Shown: positions 23,951 to 37,208, numbered from the stretch's first letter. The stretch: 64,000 bases of DNA from Octopus vulgaris (GCA_951406725.2 OX597826.1:79360001-79424000); one strand, 5' to 3'. The notes: generated from the letters alone by a model not told the origin. Numbers and translations: made by a program.

Positions 23951-24647
23951 CTGGCACTGTTTGAATGGCAAGTTGTGGAGCACACGGGCAGTGGCATAGT
24001 TTCACAGTGGCTGGCTCACACTGTTCTAGATCAGATGTTGATGCGTCATTCATATCGACTGTGACATTCTCCGGGCAAGGGCAAGGGCATGGACCGCAAG
24101 GACCGCAAGGCCCACAAGGCCCGCAAGGCCCACAAGGCCCGCAAGGCCCGCAAGGCCCGCAAGGTGCGCAACACTCCTTGGGCGCTACTTCAATTGAGTA
24201 AGTTTCACATGGTTTCGGTATCAGTTGTGATAACATGGTAGCCACCTTTGTTTGCTCAGCTGCCACCACAGCCTGTTGGGTCGCAACTACAGCCTGTTTA
24301 GCAGCTACTTTTGCTTGGTGTTTGGCTATCATAAATTTACAAGGCAGTTTGTGTATGCAGACACAATGGTTGTGACAGTGACCGTGACCGTGGCAGTGAC
24401 CATGACTGAGGCAGTGACCATGACTGAGGCAGTGACCATGAAAATGACAGTGACCATGGCCATGGCAGTGACCGTGTCCGTGGCAATGACCGTGTCCGTG
24501 GCAATGACCGTGTCCGTGGCAGTGATGACCGTGTCCATGGCAGTGACCATAACCGTGACAGTGGCCATGATGCCCATGACAGTGATGATGGCATGGCTTA
24601 TGGGTATGCATAATAATAGAATCACATGTTACAGAATCACAACTCAT
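23951..24647 (-). CDS. Main coding exon of an uncharacterised His/Cys-rich protein with (HGHCHG)n, heptad and (CGP)8 repeats; unspliced read-through ends at 23928 (239 aa)
   Basis: ATG at 24647 with in-frame TGA upstream (24660-62); consensus donor CAG|GTGAGT at 23950; acceptor with long pyrimidine tract at 24716-17 and branch-like TCTAAC at 24755-60, so the 5'UTR contains an intron. Confidence 0.88.
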
Positions 24648-25682
24648 GTTTCTGCTAGTTCATGCAAAACGTCAAAATAGATAGATATTTTCTCCTGCAG
24701 GTTGACACAAATCTGCTGGTAAAAAAAAAAGAAGAAAAAAAAGAAAAGAAAAATGTTAGAGTACATACAAAAATGTTAAGAGTACATACATTGTATACAT
24801 CATACACATAGCTTTATGCAAACCAATCACAAAAATAAAGTTCTTTTATATACGTCAAAAAAAAAAAAAAATTCATCTGTGAATGTGTGTGTGCATATAT
24901 ATATCATCATCATCATCGTTTTAATGTCCGCTTTCCATGCTAGCATGGGTTGGACGATTTGACCGAGGACTGGCAAGCCAGATGGCTGCACCAGGCTTAT
25001 ATTGTTTTATATATGGTTATGCCTGCACCCAAGTTGAGGAATGTATATCATGTATTGCGTTTAGTTGAATTGGCATCATCTTCATTGTTGCCTTCGCTTT
25101 GTTTTGGCTGTTGTGCGCTCCAGCCTTCTTCAGGTGCCTTGTGCTAAACTCAGTTCTATCTGAATTTCGAACCTGACCCTTTTTGATCTCCCGGGTTTTA
25201 TGTTATTCTCAAGAGAGTTGGAATGAAAGCAGTGATCCTTCTGTCTGAAGGTCAAATAAAAGATTAGGTTTGAAATTCGTTTGCAGCTGAGTTCAACACA
25301 AGACACCTGAAGACGGCTGGAGTGTACAAAAGCCAAAACAGTGAAAAGCAACAAAATGAAGACACCATACATAACACAATTGTGTTTAAAAAGAAATTTA
25401 AATGGACAATATTTTGTTTACAAGATTTTTCTTCTCTACATGTTTACATTTGCATGTACGCATCATTGTTCTAATGTCGAATTTTTCAAGCTTACATGAG
25501 TTAAACAAAATTTGTTGAGGTGGAATACCCTTCCTGTGAAACAACTCACAATTGTTTTCAAGTAAAGGGTAAGATTTCTTGAAGAATACACATGCTTTCA
25601 TGGAAGATTGGAAACAAAAGTACAGTTCAGGTAGAGAGAAAATAGAAAGATATAGTGCTGTGGGAGAGGATAAAGGGGAGAA

Positions 25683-25941
<259 letters not shown>

Positions 25942-26194
25942 ATTCATCCATCCCTTCATGATGAGGATCCAAAGCAAGGGACCTTGTCAAGGGCCTCTTC
26001 CTGTTTAGCAAATGTTAGATATAAAGGTTGTCTTCAAGTTAGCTACCGCCAACCCCTGCCCGAGTAGTTGTCTCCCTTGGAAACTAGCATCAGTGGTACC
26101 GCTTTACCGCTCCCAGGCTCAAAGTTAAACTGCATCTCATTCAGGTTAATTCTGCTTATCTACTCTTAAGACTGTCTGTGTCTGTGTGTCTGTG

Positions 26195-26232
<38 letters not shown>

Positions 26233-26387
26233 TGGTGAAGGCCGTTTTATAGGGTTACTTTGGGTTTCTCGCTATAAAGGATACCTTTATGGCGTATCTT
26301 CAGGCCATGAAACCTGTTGGCATATGATCTCTTTAAAAATGGAGGGGGAAATGATACGGATGTAATCAAGGGGATTATGTATGCATA

Positions 26388-26438
<51 letters not shown>

Positions 26439-26608
26439 ATCCCCTTGATTATAATATATATATAATAGTGAGGGAGCAGAGAGAAAGAGAGAAGAGGAAG
26501 AGGAAAGAAGAAAGAAGAAAGAAGAGGAAAGAAGAAAGAAGAAAGAAGAGGGAAGAAGGGAAAGAAGGGAAGAGAAGGGAAAGAGAGTAGGGGTGAAAAG
26601 ATGAAGGA

Positions 26609-27352
26609 CTAAAGAGAAGTAGTAGTAGGGGGGAGGTTAGATGAAAAGCAGGGGGAGATTTGAGACCAAATGGCGTAAAAGAGCGAAGAGAAGATTAATC
26701 CCTGTTCACGGCGCAAGCGGGAATCCGGATGACCTCTGTGCAAGGACAATCCGAACACAGACAGGTGTTGCAAGGAGTGACCGGTGGAGCGGAAATGGCG
26801 TGAGACTGGTATGTCATTGGCAAGGCGGATGTCTCGGAGGTGTTCCGCGAACCGGTCAGCCAAGCGGCGTCCAGTTTGTCCGATGTACAGGAAATGGCAG
26901 AGAGAGCAAGAGACGCAATAGATGATATTGCTGGAGGTGCAGGTGAAGGAGTCGATGATGGGTGAGGAGGGTGGTGTTGGAGAGGTAAGGGCAAGTGCGG
27001 CAACGTGGGCGGGAGCAGGGAAACGAGCCAGGTTGGGAGGTAGGGTCAGGAAAGAAGCTGTGGACCAAGAGGTCTCGTAGGTTATGGGCTCGTTTGAAGG
27101 AGGGGAGGGGTCGGTTAGGGAAGAGGTGTGAAGTGGACGGGTCGGACTGGAGATGCCGGAAAGCCCGAAGAATGGTGCGTTGGAGAGGTAGGGTGGTGGG
27201 GTGGTAAGTGAGGGGAAAATGGAAGCGGGTGACTGCAGGGCGGGTTCGGGGGAGAGAGCAGATGCACGGTCTACGGAACGTGCTCTGTCAAGGGCGGTGT
27301 GGATAGTGGTGAGGGGGTATCCACGTAGGATGAAGTGGCGAGCCATGAGTCT
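26609..27352 (-). mobile_element. Penelope-like retroelement 3' fragment (RT thumb, GIY-YIG endonuclease), frameshifted
   Basis: FILRGYP; CSRPRCRTCP; FTCTSSNIIYCVSCSLCHFLYIGQTGRRLADRFAEH (GIY-YIG). Confidence 0.92.
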
Positions 27353-28551
27353 CATATATATATATATATATCTATATCTATATACTGGGCACAGGCATGG
27401 ATGTTTGGTTACGAAGCTTGCTTCCCAACCATATGGTTCTGGGCGTCGCACACGCGTATGTGTGTGTGTGTGTGTGTGTGTGTCCTTGTCATGACACTGC
27501 GTAATTGTTGTAAACGAACATCACTGCTATACAAGCGATGTTGCGTCATAGGGAAATGTTACCTTGCTTGGAAACTGGTGAAAGGTTGGTTATAGGAAGG
27601 GTTATAGGAAATTGTCTGAACCCATCGTGTGTGTGTGTGTGTGCGTGCGTGTGTACCTAGGCGCGTCTGTGCTCGTCTCACCGGTTGACAACTGGTGTCT
27701 TGTTTACATACGTACAACATGGCATCGGCTTGGCAAAAAGTCTGATAACAAGACTTAAAAATATAATTAAAAAAAATAGAATCTACAAACACAGCGGTGA
27801 GTTTCTTTAAGGCAATGCATTTTTTATAACTTTATTGATATAACGCTTAATATGCATACACACGCATATATTTATCAGATTTATTATATAAAGAATGGGG
27901 AAACTGAAAATAAAAAATATTTACATATTCCCTCACAAAAGGGACAAAAGATATTCCCCTTTAAAAAAAGGAAATGGTTTTATTTGTTAACAGTATTTTC
28001 TCATGTCGTTCAGTTGCGGAGGTGGTAACCCTCCATTTCCACCGCATCTTAACCGTCGCGTCCCATACGAGGCGTCTTGTTTTCAAGCTCAAGTGTAAAG
28101 ATAATCCACTGGGTTCCTATGCAAAACCGCCAATGTTAGCTTTATTTCACATTGAATTGTTTTTATCATTTTTCATCTGGAGGGATTATTCTTCAATGTT
28201 ACGATGGGGTTGCGTCTCACATGGTCTGTTTTAAACCCCAAGGGCAAAAGAAAAGATCCACCGGGCTTTTTCCAAATCTGCCCCAGACAAACCCTGAACG
28301 GAACGTATTGTTTTGCTTAGGACACGTTTAATAATTAGTAGCAATTTCAGTAGATATAACAATCCCTAAAGACCCCTAAAATGGAACGGCTTATCCTGTT
28401 TACTTCAGCTCCCGATGTAAAGTAACCGATGTTTGTCGCTGATAGAAAAGAGACAACTTTCCAATTGAGACTTGTAGAGCTTTCCTTATTGGCACTTGTC
28501 ATTATACCTGTGCGTGTGTGTGTGTGTGTGTACATTATATGTGTGTGTACA

Positions 28552-28647
<96 letters not shown>

Positions 28648-28758
28648 CTGTGTGCGCGCGTGTGTAGTATATTATACAGGGCCGGTCCTAGGGTAGCTAA
28701 TCCAGCCCAAGTATACACAACCTCCCACATGTATGTATGTATGTATGTATGTATATGG

Positions 28759-28850
28759 GGCGGAGGTAAAGAATACGAACACCACTAACCCTAACCCTAA
28801 CCCTAATCCTAGCCCGAAACACCAGCTGTACCGTATTCTTTACTTTCGCC
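28759..28850. mobile_element. 92-bp MITE-like unit with 19-bp TIRs enclosing (CCCTAA)n telomere-like repeats
   Basis: ggcggaggtaaagaatacg vs cgtattctttactttcgcc (17/19 complementary); ctaaccctaaccctaaccctaa inside. Confidence 0.7.
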
Positions 28851-29399
28851 TATGTGGTGCAGCCTCTGAATTTGCCAGCCTCAAAACCGTCCCAACTCAT
28901 GGAAAACGGACATCAGATGATGATGATGATGATAAAGACAAAATTTGTTTCAGCACCAATTCACATCAAGACTCTTGTAAACTAAAACGAAATCTTTGTC
29001 CCGTATTGAAAAATTTTGCAATAAACAAAGATTATTTGTATAAGTTGAAAGCTAAGCAGGCCGAAAATTTGAAGTCACTTTAAAAGTATATTTTGTATTC
29101 TTAATGCGTTAAAAGAATACACCATATATATTTTTATATATGATTTTATATAAAATATTTATGCATGAATATATAGTGTGTATGTTATGTTTTGTCATAT
29201 ATATATTGATAAATATATAAATAATGTTTATATAAATTTTGTAATTTGTTCGTTGCAATTTCGATTCTGAGACGCGGCGTCTTTGTAGCAGGATTTAGAA
29301 AAATTAGAAAAGGGAAAAAACGAAAAACGAAAGACAGAAAGAATAAAGAGACGAGGAAAGTGAGAGAGGAGGAAGCGATAGATAAATAGATAGATCGAA

Positions 29400-29448
<49 letters not shown>

Positions 29449-29564
29449 AAGAAGAGGGAGAGATAGATCGATAGATAGAGAGAAAGAGAAAGTGGAATGG
29501 AGAGTATTTAAAATCTGGGCGTTTGAGTTTCTAAAAAGAAACATCCACCAAAATATTTATTTCG

Positions 29565-29632
<68 letters not shown>

Positions 29633-29642
29633 TGTATGTATA

Positions 29643-29704
<62 letters not shown>

Positions 29705-29705
29705 G

Positions 29706-29777
<72 letters not shown>

Positions 29778-30223
29778 CACATGTAAATATTCATTATGAT
29801 ATTAATATACATACATATAAATATGTGTGCGTGTGAATGTGTGAGGATGTAGTATACATATACACGTACTACATTTATGTATATGTCTGTAAATTTAGAT
29901 GTATACATTATGTATATGTGTGTGTGTGCGTGTGCGCATGTGTGTGATTGATGTATGTATATTTCAACTTTCCTCTGTTTATCAGGAAAGTTCCCTTTGC
30001 GCCATAATTTGGATATGGAAGAGCTTCGAAAGGTCTTAGGTTTTCTGCCAAACGCCAAAGATTCCACTCCTATTAAGAAGGCTCGCAACTACATGTCTAC
30101 AATTGTGCTATAAAAGTTCCTGCATTCCCCCCCCCCCATCAGATTCCAGATTAATCTACATCACGGGTGATCCAGCATGGCATAACTAAGGCGATAAATA
30201 ACAGACACACACACACAAATGCT

Positions 30224-30319
<96 letters not shown>

Positions 30320-30395
30320 CCTACCTACCTACCTACCTACCTATCTATCTATCTACCTATCTATCTATCTACCTACCTACCTACCTACCTACCTA

Positions 30396-30440
<45 letters not shown>

Positions 30441-30506
30441 GTCTGTCATTCAATTGACTGTATTATATCTGCACATTACATATGCATCATATATATATAC
30501 ACATAC

Positions 30507-30550
<44 letters not shown>

Positions 30551-32464
30551 CGTTGTTTATATATATATATGTTATATATATGTAATATCTTTATATTTAT
30601 CACACGCACACGCACACATCACACGCACACGCACACGCCAGTAACGGTTTGGAAGTCTATAAACGCTGAGCGCAAGGTCTGGCAGCGTTGTTCCCCTTTT
30701 TAAAATTATTCCCCAACCATTTTAACAAGTCAACATTTCTGTAAAACACAATTTTTGTTTTGCAGAAGTTATGTATTGAGTTCTTCCTTATACATGTATG
30801 TATGTATGTATGTATGTATGTATGTATGTATGTATGTATGTATGTATGTATGTATGTATGTATGCATGAATGTATGAATGTATGTATGTATGTATGAATG
30901 TATGTATGTTTGTATGTTTGTATATATGTATGAATGTATGTATGTATGTATGTGAGTGTATGTATGTGAGTGTATGTATGTTTGAATATATGTATGTCTG
31001 AATGTATGTTTGAATGTGTGTATGACTGCATGTATGTATGAATTGTATATCTATGTATGTATAAATGTATGTATGTGTTCGTTGCATATATATATATAAC
31101 ATGTATACATACACACATGCATGTACACATACATATACATACATACATTATACACACAAACACCGGTGTACATACATATATACATTATATCCATGTGTAT
31201 ATATGTACGTAATAAATACACATCATATATTCATTATGATATGTATATTTTATTGTATGATCAGAAAATGAAAGCGTATAAACAAAATATCGACGTTTCC
31301 AAAAAGGCGTCCAAACAAGATTTGCAATTGCGCGTCCTTGATGCAAAAATAACGGTTCTGAAAAAAATTTGGTTTTCCAACTTTTTTAATGCATATGAGA
31401 AAAGAGAAAGAGATAAAAACAGCATAACTTTTAGAAATATCTTTTCAGGAAATTTTCTGCAATTTCAATTGGAGATGACTAACCGGAATTGTAGAAGAGA
31501 CAGAAAAAAAAAAAAGATAAAAAAGAAAAATGAACGCGTTCACATACTAGCGAAAACCGAAAACTTGGAACTTTTGAAAAATGTGTTGTTGTCAGAATGT
31601 ATGCGTTCTCGCCCATCAATCTTTTAAAATTCTTTTGTAATCATAATCAGAAGGGATTTGTAGAAAATTTCATAAAAAAAATTCAATAAAAAATATTCCA
31701 TTTTTTCCTGAAAGTTATTGGGAAACAAAAGTTGGTGTGGGGAACAGTTGTGTAGGTATACTCACAGTTCCCAGTTAAAAAGATCCAGCGTCTTTTATTT
31801 AAAAAAAGTGGAAAGTTAAACCATAAAGAGATATAAATGAACATTTAAAAAAAAAAGGGGCCGCCGGCTACAGTCAAAGAATTATGAAAGAAGCCCCCTC
31901 TATTGGTCCTCGTACTTTTAATATACTAAGAAAGTTTTCTTCGTGTTTTAAATTTTGTCCAAAAGTTCCAAGAACAAAAATTAACATGGGTAGGGGAATA
32001 TTTTTTCCTGAGAGTTCCTATTTCTGTAATTAATCTTTTCACTGTATGGTTCATTTTGATTCGATAAATGAAACAATATTTAAAACAAAATCTTCTTAAA
32101 GAAAGGAAAATGAGAAGTAAATTCTTTTTTTTTTTTTCAAAGAGGGGGAAAAATTGAAAAATTGAAAATTCTAGAAAACAGAAATAAAAACAGTTTGTAA
32201 AATAATAATAATAATAATAATAACAACAGTAATAATAATAATAATAATAGTAATATTCTTACTTACTTTGTTTTGGCAAACTAGACTTTATTTTAACAAT
32301 CTCCTTTCAGATTGCGAAAGCCTCACCAAAAGCCTCAACAAACAGCCTCGCCTAATAGCCTTAAGTTGTTAAATGAAAAGAGGATAACGCCTGATGCGCT
32401 TCCAATTCACTTGGCTCTCTATTTGATATTACGTTTACATTTTCAAAAATTACGTGACAGACCA

Positions 32465-32478
32465 TTATGACGTCATAA
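32465..32478. promoter_or_regulatory. Perfect 14-bp palindrome TTATGACGTCATAA containing a full CRE; TTACGT half-sites at ~32429 and ~32450; CCAAT at 32402
   Basis: TGACGTCA at 32468-32475 in a non-repetitive, CpG-retaining segment. Confidence 0.55.
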
Positions 32479-32734
32479 AGCACACAGTGATATGTCGTTG
32501 ACCGTTAGAGGAAGATAGAACCGTCGTTCTTTCTCACGAAAAAACAAGATGAAAAGGACGGAAAGAAAACATTTATTTATTTGTTTGTTTTCAATGAATT
32601 CCTTTTGTACTAAAATATTTGAAAACGATGTAAAGCAACGCTGGTCACCACCAACACCACCATCGCTACGACATTACCACCACCACCACCATCACCACCA
32701 CCAAACAATGCCGTCACCACCACCCTCCACCTCA

Positions 32735-32787
<53 letters not shown>

Positions 32788-33076
32788 TTCCTCTTCCTCC
32801 TCTTCTCACCTCTATCCACCACCCACCTCTTCTTCCTCATTAAACAATGTAACAAATTCAAATGAAATCGGCATCCTTCATCGCGTTCTTCATTTCTTTG
32901 CCAAAATATTGAACGAAAGTTTACCTGTACTAATACGCACGCGCATACTCTCTCTCTCCCCCTCTCTCTATCTCTCTCTCCCTCTCTCTCTATCTCTCTC
33001 ATACACATACAGTGACACACGTACATACACACACACAGACATCAACAAATGTCTGCGTGTGCGCGTGCGCGCGTAC

Positions 33077-33158
<82 letters not shown>

Positions 33159-33190
33159 GTCTGTCTGTCTGTCTACATATACATATATGC

Positions 33191-33255
<65 letters not shown>

Positions 33256-33935
33256 ATTCGAAATATAAGCAATAATAAACCATAAAACATTTTTATTTTT
33301 CAAAATGAAACAAAACTAACGTTAAGATAGATGGAAAATAGAGTTTATTTTTGTATCCTTCCATTTTATTTATATTTGAATAGTTTTCTCTTTTTTTGAG
33401 TGCAAAGTTTTTGATCAGAATCTCCCTGTCACACCATGAACATTTCGAAATTTCGAAATTATATTTCGGATCATATAAACCACTTCGAATATTGATTTAG
33501 CGAGTTTAAAATGATTTCTTTTGGGCCGTCAAGCATTTACCATTTTTGTGATGACCATTTCCCTTAAGTATAAGTTTATTTTCTTAATGGTTGATTCAGT
33601 GCCGGGCAGCTCCGAGGTTTTGCAGGGGCCCGGAAAACTATTATGGATGTAAATCTTATTTCGGCTTCTCATTAAGTGAAGGACGGGGCTTGTAAAAAGT
33701 TTTGCAAATATTTGTTGGTGTTAGTGGTGTGCTGGGCCGCTCCGGGTTGCACGAGGCCGTTCTGGGCCAGTATTTGTGAAACACTGCTCTCATGTATTCT
33801 TCACTTTTGAAGGTAAGAGGGTGTGAATTGATTAGGATTTGGCTACGACTCAGAGGGTCTCTGGTTCATTCTGACCTGGAGTTGGTGTATGATGGAAGGT
33901 GTTGTAAACCTGATGTGGTTTCATATATCTATCTA

Positions 33936-34051
<116 letters not shown>

Positions 34052-34058
34052 CACATAT

Positions 34059-34132
<74 letters not shown>

Positions 34133-34138
34133 TGTATG

Positions 34139-34169
<31 letters not shown>

Positions 34170-34524
34170 TAATGTATGTATGTATAATGTATGTATATGT
34201 TGTGGTTTAGGCTCAGTTGAGTCTTGGGAGGAGGACAGACCTACAGCCAAAGACTTCCGGTAATAACCATGTAACTTTAGAACATAAATCTACATGAAGG
34301 ACTACATTCTCTAATGTGATTTTCAGAGGTCGGATGGGAGGAATTCCAAAGATTTGAAAACGGTCAGAAAGATTGTGGCGTTTAATAGAATTAAGATGCT
34401 GATGAGAATGTTGCAGGAAAGAATCGCAAGATGGATTCTTCATAGGACGCTCTGGATTCGGTGATTGAAGACTGTATCCCCTACTGGCCTTCTAGGAATA
34501 GCAGATGGAGAAGATGTATCAGAT

Positions 34525-34915
34525 GTGGCTGTGTGGTAAGATATTGGTTCCCAACCACATGGTTTCGGGTTCAGTCCTACTACGCGGCACTTTGCGCAAG
34601 TGTCTTCTACTATAGCCTCGAGTCGACTAAAGCCTTGTGAGTGGATTTGGTGGACGGAAACTAAAAGAAGCCCATCGTACATATATCTATATCTATGCGT
34701 ATGTGTGTTTGTCCCCCATCACATCTGGACATCCAGTGCTGGTTGTTTACGTAACTTTAGCGGTTCGGCAAAAAAGACCGATAAAATAAGTACAAGACTA
34801 AAAATTAAAAAAAAAAAGTATTAGGGTGATTCATTCGGCTAGAAGTTCTTGAAAAGAGGTACTCCAGCGTGGCCGCAGTCTAATAACTGAAACAAGTAAA
34901 AACTTAAAAGGTAAA
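34525..34915 (+). mobile_element. SINE family B
   Basis: TGGCTGTGTGG...GGTTCAGTCC head; homologous to 7408. Confidence 0.82.
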
Positions 34916-34920
34916 GTATA

Positions 34921-35175
34921 TTCTTTTATTCTTTTATTTGTTTCAGTCATTTGACTGCGGCCATGCTGGAGCACCGCCTTTTAATCGAGCAAATCGACCC
35001 CAGGACTTATTCTTTGCAAGCCTAGTACTTATTCTATCGCTCTCTATTGCCGAACCGCTAAGTTATGGGGACGTAAACACACCAGCATCGGTTGTCAAGC
35101 AATGGTGGGGACAAACACAGATACACGAATATACACACACATACATGCATACGTACATACATACATTCATACATA

Positions 35176-35259
<84 letters not shown>

Positions 35260-35425
35260 ATATACAACGGGTTTCTTTCAGTTTCCGTCTACCAAATCCA
35301 CTCACAAGGCTTTGGTCGGCCCGAGGCTATAGTAGAAGACACTTGCCCAAGGTTCCACGCAGTGGGACTGATCCCGGAACCATGTGGTTGGTAAGCAAGC
35401 TACTTACAACACAGCCACTCCTGCG
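34921..35425 (-). mobile_element. SINE family B, tail-to-tail with the previous copy
   Basis: Reverse-complement homologue with an internal (CA)n tract. Confidence 0.85.
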
Positions 35426-36094
35426 TATATATATATATATATAATATATATATATATAGATACACACACACACACATACATATACAGGGTGTGTGTGTGC
35501 ACAAGAGTAGGTATATAGTAAGTATCATATCAATGTTATAATATTTAATTCATTAGAATCATTAGCACATTAAATTAATTAGCCTCATCATAACTTTTCA
35601 TGTTTTGATAAAAACAAACGAGTAATGTACGTGTTGTCTTTTTCACGACCGTATCCCTGCTTCTGCACCCCGCTGTATTTGCATTTACACACATACAGGT
35701 TGTCCCTCTCTCAAATATGTATATACACATTAAATGATTGTAAAGTTAATGTTTATCGAAATATATTTCATTTAAAGATTCAATCGAATGTATTGGCAGA
35801 ATTCTATCTTTTATGAACGCTTCTTTTCAAACTGACGACCGTTCTGGTCCAGGCATTGCTGATAACGCTAAGCAATAGAGTCGTAACTCAGACCAATTTC
35901 TTTACGGCAATAAAGAAATTGGTATTTAAAAATTTGCTAAGAATGAAATTATTGTGTATAATGCTCAGGTGCACTACAACTCATCAAAGGTCCATGTATG
36001 GTGCATAGAATTATGTACAAAAGTCAGGAAAGGGAACAGTGTGCATTCTCCTTCTTCTGGCTACCATTAATTTGTCAATGTTACTATACTAGTA

Positions 36095-36300
36095 AAGGCG
36101 GTGAGCTGACAGAATCGTTAGCACGCCGGACAAAATGCTTAGCGGCATTTCGTCCGTCTTTACGTTCTAAGTTCAAATTCTGCCGCGGACCACTTCACCT
36201 TCCGTCCTTCCAGGGTCGATAAATTAAGTACCAGTTGCTCACTGGGGTCGATGTAATCGATGCATTCCCCACCAAAATTGCCGATCTTGAGCTAAAAATT
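36095..36300 (+). mobile_element. SINE family A
   Basis: ggcggtgagctgacagaatcgttagcacgccgg...aagttcaaattc. Confidence 0.8.
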
Positions 36301-36781
36301 TGAAACTAATATTAACTATGCCAGTGTGGGAATATTTTATCTTGCTGGAAATAAAACTCGCGGCAAGGGACCTGTCAGAGTATCGCTATGGAACAAAAAA
36401 AAAAAAGAGGATTCCATTAATCCTTTGATAATAATCTGCCCTTTACCGTAACATCTGGTAAATTACCAGATATTCCTCCATGGTATGCAGATTGATTTCT
36501 GTGGAATAGAACTAAACGTGGCCGTGTACAACTAAGCAATGTTGAAAGAAGCAATGAAATTTATTTAATTTCAGTGGATTTATCTTAATTTCACGCTGTT
36601 TGATTGGTTCCGGCTCTGGATGTTCTATCAACAGAGCTCCAAACATTAGCCAGCATGCTTCAACGATAAGATTTAAAGAATATTAATTATATTAACTTAT
36701 CTCCCTTGAACTAATGAAGAGTTATCTCCCGTGTAATTAGCAAGTTATAAGTTATCTCTCATTGAGTATCGTATGAAAAAG

Positions 36782-36860
<79 letters not shown>

Positions 36861-37122
36861 AATTATGTCTGTCTGTCTGTTTCTCCCTCTCTTCCTTCTC
36901 TTTATAGTTCTCTCACTCTATCTCTCTCTCTCTCTCTTTCTCCCCCCCCTCTCTCTCTCCAAAATAATACCAATCTTTGTGTTTTTTCCAGTTTTGCAAC
37001 TGAAATATGTTTTCATCGTCTGTTGCTGTCTTTTGGCTTTCTTTGAATTAAAGAATTAAAACGAATCCGAAAACGGAATTCGAAGAGAAGCGTTTATGCA
37101 CGGACATGTGCACGCACATCTG

Positions 37123-37208
<86 letters not shown>

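Noticed and set aside
23965-24201. Collagen-like (GPQ)n ORF on the + strand
   Set aside because: Antisense shadow of the (CGP)8 repeat; short, no signal peptide, and the splice signals and matching downstream exons are all on the minus strand
24252-24680. Thr/Val/Met-rich repeat ORFs (antifreeze-like VTATDT / TVSVAM)
   Set aside because: Alternative frames of the 18-nt HGHCHG repeat; no independent start or splice support
28785-28812. Telomere or chromosome-fusion site
   Set aside because: Only about four units, enclosed by TIRs, with no head-to-head array
31121-31627. 168-aa ORF
   Set aside because: Starts in a microsatellite; A-rich Lys-biased remainder with no recognisable motif
32549-33256. 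235-aa ORF with poly-His and poly-Ser
   Set aside because: Built from (CAC)n, (TCT)n, (TC)n and (CTAT)n tracts; no domain or splice support
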